A stretch of 64,000 nt of DNA from the human T2T-CHM13v2.0 reference genome, Homo sapiens, in assembly GCF_009914755.1 (NCBI RefSeq), contig NC_060925.1. One strand, given 5' to 3'. This document shows, one piece after another, positions 54,400-64,000 of the stretch. The position numbers and the translations under genes are program-made. Numbering within the stretch: position 1 is the stretch's first letter; each line of letters begins with the position of its first letter. The notes beneath the pieces were generated by a model that worked only from the letters and a program-made list of their open reading frames with translations, ran no database searches and was not told the DNA's origin.

Positions 54400-55829
54400 A
54401 AAAAACTTCGATGACGAGAATGATTGGGTGTTAGTGAGAAAGAGGATGACAGTCAAAGGGATATTTGGAGGGAGTTATGAAAGAGCTTGAGCTTATCTCC
54501 AGGCAGAATGAAAGAAACTGTTAGGAAGACAAACATTGGCAATGCCAGAGCAAAAAGAGGAAGGTCCCAGAGGAGGGAGGAAAGGATCACAGGGCAGCAA
54601 ATTGGATGGGCACCATTTCATTAAGACTCAGCAAAGATGTGGTCTCCTGCTTTCATAGAACAAAATGGAGAAAATAGAGCACACTAAGTTAAGATTCCAT
54701 CTATCTTATGGCCTCCTCATAAATATACTTAGACAAGTATCTTTTTCTCTACCCCTGTCTAGGTCCTTCCCTCCCATCTGTGTAGAAGACATGTCTTTTC
54801 TCAGGGACAAGGTGTAATCTCTGTCTATAGGTAAATAAAAATGTGATTGATATTTGTCACATATATGTATATATATAGTCTAAAGAACATAAAGAGTATA
54901 AATTGACCTATAATATGGGTAAATGTATATAATAAGCATATGCTTTATTACTAAACCAATAGAGCAATTACAATGCGGTAGATATAAAATACATTACTCC
55001 TCCATTCAAATGAAATTTTGACATTCATTAATATAACCAGTGAAAAAATCCTTTATTTAGGATATCTATGACCACATGCCAGATAATTGATCTGCATTAA
55101 CCGTATAACCCAGTTGTTTAGAAAAGTATTCAAATCATCTAAAACATTTTGCTTTTTATATTACATTATATAGATAGAGTCTCTAACTTTATAGGACATA
55201 CTAATACAGCCAAAATTAAGATCAGAGGCACAATAACAATGGGAAGAAGGAACTGCCTCATCTGTAATTTCAGACACACTTTCATTACTTCTCTAGATGT
55301 TTGGTAGTCAAGCATTAGCCTTAAGTTAATGCCTACTTTGGGCCAGAACAATAAGTAGAAATAAAAGGGTAAGTATATTAAGTTTTAGAGGTAGAATTTG
55401 CCATTACTAATGCCAAAATCGTGAGAATGATTACAATATAGCTGTCATTTAACAATCTATACCCACTTCTTCATGTTTTCTGCAAATGTTCTTCAGTGCC
55501 TAGTAGGTTATAAACACTGTGCTAGGTAATGGAGATACAAAAGTGAATAAAGTACTGCTCTTCCTTTGAGCAACTTGCAATCTCATAGGAGTAAGAGACA
55601 TGTTCATAATTATTATATAAATATGTATAATGCTGTGAGAGAAATAGGTAAAAAGAAACTACAAATATGTAGTAAACATTATATCCTTTGATCAAAATTT
55701 TTACCTTTAGAAATCCATCTAAAAATAATTTGAAATAGAAAAGAACAAAACTCAATGCAAATATTAACATATTGTAATTTATAATAACAAAAAAAGGATT
55801 TTAAGCAATTACCAAAAGAAGCAATATAT

Positions 55830-56236
55830 ATACTAACCAGGATGGGCTAAGCTATGCCCTAGTGAAAAAATAACACCAAAATTGCAGTGGTTTTACACAA
55901 CTAATGGCACAATGCAATGTGGGTTGAAGGGCTCTTCTTGTCAGCTTTTCTCCAAGCAGGGACTGAGGAATCCACACACCTTCTGTCATAAATTAATAGC
56001 TACAGTATTTGGACTATGTGGCTTTCAAGGACAAAGAACAAAAGGCTAAAGGATCATACAGAGTACTGTTAGGGATAAGTCCTAAAAGAGGCTTGCATCA
56101 CTTTTTCCACATTCCATTGGTTGTAATTCAGTCACATAGGTTCCAACCTAACTGTAAGAGGGGCTCTAAAATGTAATCTTATTGTATGCCAGGAAGAGAA
56201 AACAGTGTATTTAACACACAGCTTTATCTCTGTAAC
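55830..56236 (-). mobile_element. MLT1-like LTR
   Basis: CAGGATGGGCTAAGCTATGC...CACATTCCATTGG...AGTCACATAG...CTCTGTAACA. Confidence 0.55.
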
Positions 56237-57319
56237 ATAGAGTTAATAAATTGGAAAATAGATGCATTTTATCAAGAGTTCATAAAAATACAAAAGTTTT
56301 TCTTATAATGTTTACTAAAACTTCCGTATACAAAAATATTTCGTGGTTGAAAAAACTGTGTATAAAAATACATGGGAGGAAATACCCTAAAATACTAATG
56401 ATCGTATAGAATAAAAGAACAATGTTTTTAAATTTCTTTATTTGAATTTCTGCATTTTTTATTAAAATGTGCTATTTATAATGGAAAACATTAAATGATT
56501 TTAAAATTTCTGTAATGTAATATTTTAGCAATTACTGTTAGGAATAACTATAAATCAGATACTCCGAAGAGATTGCAAAGAGGGGAAAGGGAACAAGATG
56601 AGTTATAAATTAGGATTAAATAGCTTTTGGAGAAAAAGCAATAGATAGTGGGTATTTTCACCTAGGAGCCCCATGTGAACGTCAGTAATCATTCATTTAA
56701 GGGGACTGGGGACCCTGAGAGGTACTAAAGCCTGCACAAGGTAGCCCCAGTGTGAGGTCACCATTCATGAGGCTAGAGGTATGTAACCCATTGTGTGAAG
56801 GAAGTTGTTGGGATTACTTGCCTCTGTGAATGTAGTATTGGGGAAAGGAAGGACATGTTTCTTTCTGAAAAGATGTCAAAGTTATACTACAGCAAACATC
56901 TACATGTAAATTTGTGTATCCGATTTCAGGTTTAATACTCTGTGGGTTATTTTTATCCTATAAGCTAATTACCTAAAGTATGTATAATTAAAGTCCTGCC
57001 CAGGGAACTGTGGAGTCTTATGTACTTGCAGTTTGAAAAAAACTTGAGCTTTCAATAATATTGCACAATGGCTTTGGGCTCATGAATCTACATTCACTGA
57101 TATTTAAACACACTGCAGATCACTGTGACATGTTTACCTATTCTCCTACTTTCTTCTTGAGGAGGTAAACAATATACTATTTGGGTCAGCTAATTCTTTC
57201 AATATCAATGTAGTCTTCCTTTTTCTGCTATGTAATCTGTTTAGAAAAGCTTCCTGCTTAATATGTCCACCATCCCCCAACACTCTCCAAAATAATTTTC
57301 AAATGTTGCCTAGAGAAAT

Positions 57320-57950
57320 CTCATTCATTCATTCATTCAACATTTACTGAAGACCTGCATATTAAGCAATTTACAAGACCCAGTGACACAAAGATTAAAA
57401 AGACCCAGTTACTCACCTCAAGAGCGTATAGATTAAGATGATGATGGATAAAGTAAGAGAGTAACTAAAAAATTTAGAAATCAGCAACAACAAAAACACA
57501 TTCTCAGCAGAGTAGGATAAGTGAATGTAAACATACAGGATGCTTTGGAAACCTGGAAGTAAAAAATCTAATTATAACTATAGGGGCCAGGGAAGACACT
57601 AGGGAAATGATTCCCTAGCAGAGAATGAATGACTAATAAGGATTTAGTGAGATATATGAGGAGTAGGGGGGAAGGAAGGTGTTGAGAGCAGAGAACTAAC
57701 GTGTAAAAATAGCATAATTTGTTTGGGAAACTGCAAATAGTAACTCAAGATATAGAAGAAGAAGTGGCAGGCCATGAGGCTAGAAAAGTTGATGTGACAA
57801 GATTATGTAGGGTTGTGTGTGACAAGCTGGGTACTAGACTTTTAACCTGAAAGTCATGGAAGTTTACTGAAGAATTTTAAGCTAGGGAGAGATCATGAAG
57901 ATGAAATGAAGACACAGATGAAAATAAAGGCACTAGTACTGTGATGCAGG
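57320..57950 (-). mobile_element. L2 3' region
   Basis: TCATTCATTCATTCATTCAACATTTACTGA tail in antisense. Confidence 0.7.
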
Positions 57951-58207
57951 CCTAGAGCAAACCTCTACTCAGATGTTGATATTAAAGTTTAAGGAGGTAA
58001 AGGGATGTGTTAAGGTCAGTAGGGAGCAGATCCAGAAGAAAGAAAATATATCCCTGGAACTGGGGTTCAGTGAAGCAACACACGTCTCCTGTCGTGCTCC
58101 AACTTCATGATAAGTCCTTTCTTGATCAGAAGATGTGGGTAGTGAGTCTTCCTTATCCTACATTTACTCCAAGTCTACTTGTGGCAGAAAAATTAATAAT
58201 ATAAAAA

Positions 58208-59329
58208 TGAAGGAGCTGCAGGCTGGACAGGAGGACTGGGCTTTAAGGAGTTTTAAATGGAGTCTCATTGAAGACTCCAAATGCCATCCCAAGATTATTG
58301 GGAGAGATGGGGCAATGGTTACCCAAATCTGCTTGGAGCATGGCGTGAACATCCAGTTTACTGTTGAGGATGATGGGAAGCAGCCCCAGGACCAAATTAC
58401 CATCACAGGGTACAAAAAGAATACAGAAGCTACACAAGATACTATATTGATTATTATGGATGAACTTGAGCAGATGGATTCTGAGGACGTTCCATTGGAC
58501 ATCCCACATCACTGGTGCCTGCAGCAAAAATCATGGATCCAAAATCGTGGATGAATTCAAAGTTGACATTTGTTTCCCACAGAGAGGAGGCCCAAACCCC
58601 AACTGTGGCACCATGATGAGGCTCCCAGAGAACATGGAGAAAGCCATTGACCACATCCTCAACCTAGAGGAGGAATACCTGGCTGATGTGGTAGATAGCA
58701 AGGTGCTGCAGGTATACATGAACTCCCCAGTGCATGAAGAGTCCAAGGTGCATTCAGAGGCTTTGTGGTATGGGACACACCGTGGACCACCAGCAGCAGT
58801 AAGAAGGCTCCTGACATGAGCAGCTATGAGAAATTTCCCAATTTCAGGGCTCAGGTGGCCCCCAAGACCCTCTCTTGGAGCCCCAAATAATAATGATAAA
58901 AAACCAGAAACATCTTCAGCCTGCTGATGCAAACTCCATCACGCAATGGTTTGTCTCAATCTGACCCAGTAGCAGGACTTTCTATAAATTATTGATGCTC
59001 TCCCTGCTTCTCAAGTTCTCACAGTGAAACCTGGCATTGCCTGGCTCTGTATGTGGCTGCTTCTCTGGGGCCTGGTTGGCATCCAGAGCATGCTCAGGAT
59101 CTGCTCGCTGATACTTGGCTCTGGGCACTCCACGGTTTTAACACTAAACAAAGGTAATTGAGTGTTTTGTAATAAGATAACACAGACTGCAGCTTTGTGG
59201 TCCACCTGGCAGGTCAATCAGCACTCTGACCTTCATTATGAGAGCTCCTCTTCATTATGAGAAGTTGCTAGGATTCGACTTCCTGTGTCATGACCTCAGG
59301 AAATAAATTTCCTTGACTTTATAAAAGCA
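58208..59329 (+). pseudogene. HDLBP: 5'-truncated processed pseudogene of vigilin (last KH domains, C-terminus, 3' UTR)
   Basis: KELQAGQEDWALRSFK...HPKIIGRDGA...QDQITITGYKKNTEA...SEDVPLD, then after a frameshift DEFKVDICFPQ...AIDHILNLEEEYLADVVDS, ending AQVAPKTLSWSPK* at about 58890. Contiguous and intronless. AATAAA at 59302-59307. Confidence 0.93.
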
Positions 59330-59646
59330 TATATATATGCATATATATATATGCATATATATAAGGGTTCAGTGAAGCAACACATATATATGCATATATA
59401 TGCATATACACCTGCATACATATACATGCATGCATATATACATGCATATATATGCATATATATACCTGCATATATATGCATATATATACCTGCATATATA
59501 TGCATATATATACATGTATGCATATATATATACACACACACATACACATATGGGTAAAGTGAAGGAACCCATGCTCCATGGGCTTGGCTCCTGCCATGCT
59601 CCAACTTCATGATAAGTTGGGTATATATATGCGTATATATATATGA
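59329..59646 (+). repeat. (TA)n/(TGCATATA)n low-complexity tract with embedded copies of 58063-58115
   Basis: ATATATATGC-type units interrupted at 59365-59384 and 59552-59620. Confidence 0.9.
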
Positions 59647-59649
59647 ATA

Positions 59650-61623
59650 TAACCAATATTAATTTTTCCAATCCATTAACATGGAATATATTTCTATTGT
59701 TTTGTGTCTTCAATTCCTTTTATCAATGTTTTATAGTTCTAATTATAGCGATTTTTCACTTTTCTGGTTAAGTTTACTCCTAGGTATTTTATTTTATTTG
59801 TAGCTATTGTAAATGTGCTTACTTTCTTGGCTTATTTTTTCCGATTGTTCACTGTTGGCCTGTGGAAATGTTACTGATTTTTGTATGTTGATTTTATATC
59901 TTGCAACTTTACTGAATTCGTTTATCAGTTCTAATAGTATTCAAGGCAATCTTTATCAAAATACCAGTGACCTTCTTCACAAATAGAAAAAATAATCTTA
60001 AAATTTACATGGACTCACAAAAGTTTCAGAATGGTCCAAACAATCCTGAGCAAAAAGAACAAAGCTGGAAGCGTTATATTACCTGACTTCAAATTATACT
60101 ACAAAATTATAGTAACCAAAACAATGATACTGGCATAAAAACAGACACGTAGATCCATGGAGCTGAATAGAAAACTCAGAAATAAATCTACACCTTAACA
60201 AAAAACTTATTTTCAACAAAGGCACTGGGAATGTACATTAAGGGAAGGACAATATTTTCAATAAATAATGCTAGAAAAACTGGATATTCATATACAGAAG
60301 AATGAAATGAGAGCCCTACTTCTTGCCATGTACAAAAATCAAATCAACGTGATTACAAGACTTAGATGTAAAATTGAAACAATAAAATTACTAGAAGAAA
60401 ACATTGGGGGAAATGATCCATGACATTGGTCTGGGCAAAAATTGCTTCAATAGGAGCTCAAAAGCTTGGGCAACTAAAGCAAAAATTAACAAATGGGACT
60501 ACATCAAGCTGAAAAGCTTCTGCACAGCAAAGCAAGCAATCAATTAAGTGAAGACAGAATGAGAGAACATATCTGCAAACTACCCATATGACAAGGGATT
60601 AATAACCAGAATATATAAGAAGCTTAAACAACTCAACAGCAAAAACAAAATAATAACCTCAATCTGATTAAAAATTAGCAAAAGATGTGAATAAACATTT
60701 TTTCAAAGAAGATATATAAACGGCCAACAGGTATATGAAAAATTGTTCAACATTACTAATCATAAAGTAATGCAAATCAAAGCTACAGGATGTCTCATCC
60801 CAGTTTAAATGGCTTTTATCAAAAAGACTAGTAATAAAGGATGCTAGTAAGGATGTAGAGAAAAGGGAATTCTCCTACACTGTCAATGGGAATGTAAATT
60901 AATACAACCACTGTGGAGAACAGTATGGAGATTTCTCAAAAAAATAAAAATAGAAATATCATATGATCCAGCAATCACATTACTAGTTATATATCCAAAA
61001 GGAAATTCGTATATCAAAGAGACATCTGCACTCTCATGTTTACTGCAGCACTCTTCACTACAGCCAAAATATGGAATCAACTTCAGTATTCATTAACAGA
61101 TGAATGAGTAAAGAAAATATGGTATATATACACAACGAAATATTATTCAGCCATATAAAAATGAAATCATGTCATTTGCAACATGTAACTTGAGGGCCTT
61201 ATGTTAAGTGAAATAAGCCAAGCACAGAGAGACAAATATTGCATGTTCTCACTTATATCTTGGAGCTAAGAAGATTGACCTCATGGAGATAGAGAATAAG
61301 AGATGGTTACCAGAGCCTGGGAAGGGTGGTGGGAAGGAGGGGATAAAGAAGTGTTGGTTAATGAATACAAAAATACTGCTAGATAGAAGGAATAAGGTCT
61401 AGTGTTTGGTAGCGCAATAGGGTGACTATACTCATCAATGTCAAAATAACTAAAAGAGTGGCATTGGAACGTTCCTAACACAAAGAAATGATAAATGTTT
61501 AAGGTGATGGATATCCTAGTTACCCTGATTTGATTGTTACACATAGCATGCTTGTATCAAAATATCCCATGTACCCCATAAATATGTGCAGCTATTATGT
61601 ATCCATAAAAATTAAAAGTAAAA
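59650..61623 (+). mobile_element. L1MA-type element with a 5' inversion
   Basis: Antisense ORF2 about 59650-59938, then sense ORF2/3' UTR from ATTCAAGGCAATC to TATCCATAAAAATTAAAA. Confidence 0.88.
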
Positions 61624-64000
61624 TAGATACACAAAGGCCAGAAACTTAAGCCATCACTGATAATTTTCCTTATATTTATGCAACAAAGGAATATAGTTAT
61701 TTAATACAGTTGTTTAAACTGTAATTTAGACTTCAAAGAGACAAATTGCATTGCAAAAGAGACCTTGGTGGGATTCCTGTAAATCGGAGATTCCATTCCA
61801 GAAGGAATCCCCATTCCAGCATCACAGTCACCACTTGGAAGGTAAAGTAGAAACTTAAGCTCTTATTTTATGCTCTTATCTAAACTTCAGCTGGGCCCAG
61901 ATCTTATTATCTTGCTATCTTCCTCAGGGCCTGACATAGTACCTAATACCTAGTTTCTTTAAAACAATAATTAGCTGTTGAATGAACAATTCTATACAGC
62001 TCACCTTCACATGTGTCATAAAAGTTTAAGTATGCATTACAAATATAATTTTTACTTTGAAATACACTTACTGAATATCACTCTGATGACATTTTTCCCA
62101 AGGAAAATTGCTCCGAATCTTTGCAGTCTTTCTTCAAATAATGGGTCAGCTTGTGTAACTGACCCACAGGAGCTTGTGGTGTGCCATCTAGTGACCAATG
62201 TGGCCAATATATGCACCACACCAAGAATATTTTGTTATTTTAAATATATACATTACAGGTCTATTAATATTTGAAATAAAAGGCATTTAAAAATAATTAT
62301 GTGCATATTAATATAACTGATGCATACCACTCAAAAAACAAAGAATTAAAAGAAATGTTGACTGATGTTGACCTATTTATTGCTCAGCATTCATGTAAAG
62401 TGTACAAAATTACTAACCATTATGCTAATTTTTGTTGTGATTACCAAGAGTTACTTACCACACACCTCTAGCCTGCAAGATACCACAAAGAATACAAAAA
62501 CCAACCAAACAAACAAAAATTGGCATGTTGCTGTCTCTCCAGGCATGGCATGCACACATTTTAAAAATTACCAGAATTCAAGGCAGCTTATGACAAGTGA
62601 CAAAGATTTGATGTATACTTCTCTAAACACATGATAAAGGGGTTAGGTGCAAAGCTTCACAAGGATGGAAAAGGCAAACAATGGAAGGAAGACTGTCCTA
62701 AAAAAGGAGAAAATAGAAGCAATACTCGTAAAGAAGTAAAATAAAGAGACTTGACGCCATGCTAAGAAATTCAGATTTTATACTGTATCCTGTAAGTGAT
62801 GAGGACCCCTGAAGGGCTTTAAGGAAGAGAGTAACTTGATTTTAAAAGCATGTGATCAGGTATGTAACATAGTTAAGTTATAAGCACAAGTCCTCCTTAG
62901 AAGAAACAGGAGATGATTAGAATGATTTAATCCTAGAACAGCACAAAAGTTTATACACAGTGCAATATATCTAGAGAATACCTGCAATTTATTATTATAT
63001 GGATAATCAGGAAATAATGTTGATAAACAACTTCATATTTTAAAATTCTTGTAAATATTCATGGAAGCCTATTGCCCTTGCTAGATGAGCAGAATAGGGA
63101 ATGGGCTTGGATAGTTTTTGTATCTGGGATGTGTCTACTCTCTTTTCTTTACATGAACTCTCACAGATACAGTGACAGTTTAAAATGTTTACTGGATCTT
63201 GCTCCTAAAGGAGAAGCTGAAAGGTCCTGCTAAATGATTGAAGAGTTCATGTGGGGTGAGCTTCACACTAGCAACACAACACTGGTTGCTAGATAAACAC
63301 AGGCAGAGGGATCCCACTTCAGTGATTTGCAGCAGTGACGGATGGTAATGGTATTTATAATTTTCCTTCCACCAACTGGCGCACATCAAATGACTTGGCA
63401 AGATGGAGAAAAGGTATTAGATTCGAAAGACAAATAATTACCTGAGACTAGTTTAGGTTCTTCTGGAAGGGTTATTATGAGGCTGCAAACCACCAGAATG
63501 CCTATGACTTTAAATCTTATAATTTATTAAGAAAAGTCAGAAGAAAGTATCATCCTGTAGGTTAGCATTCAGAAGTGAAGGACTGGCCACCTCATAATTT
63601 GTGCTGCCATTCCTTTCCTCAACCAATAACATTGAGTATACTGGAAAACACGCCTAATTTTTTTCTAAAAAGTCTTTTATACTACTAAGGGACTAATTGT
63701 TTTTTTGTTAACCGTACCAGCCTAAACCCAATCATATCTACTCAAAAGATGGTCAAGAGGATTGACAATTCGGAATTCTTAATATAAAATTTTTTCTTTA
63801 TATTTTGTCTGGGCTCATAAAACATTCTTTTAGATTCATATTTTAAGTCTAAATTTAAGCAAGTATTAAGGTTCCATTCTATGTGACCCAATTAGCTCCC
63901 CCTACCCTCTGCAAAAAAACTAGGAAACATTTTTGATTATGACAGAAAAAAGAGGAAGCTAAAGTAGAGAGGGCAGCAAAGGAGATATTTCAATTAATCT

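Noticed and set aside
59296-59713. Overlapping Y/I/M/H-rich ORFs
   Set aside because: Artefacts of a stop-poor TA/CA microsatellite.

Overview
AT-rich primate (human-like) genomic DNA, mostly transposon-derived, with no intact protein-coding gene that I can support. All long ORFs come from LINE-1 ORF2, a decayed Tigger2 transposase or a 5'-truncated processed HDLBP (vigilin) pseudogene. Four things stand out. (1) Six 5'-inverted (twin-primed) L1 insertions: five seen directly, one inferred at the window edge. They include a 51-nt mini-element and two L1PA elements inserted on opposite strands at the same TTTT|AAAA step. (2) Several locally templated insertions: two at L1 5' junctions, one inside an AluY and one inside an L1. 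(3) A three-level nest: old L1 < Tigger2 < L1PA. (4) The unique DNA between repeats holds a series of + strand segments with AG/GT splice signals and protein-like, stop-interrupted frames, suggesting a decayed multi-exon gene (candidate unitary pseudogene) that I cannot name. Repeat subfamily names come from recalled consensus sequences, and boundaries of old repeats are approximate.
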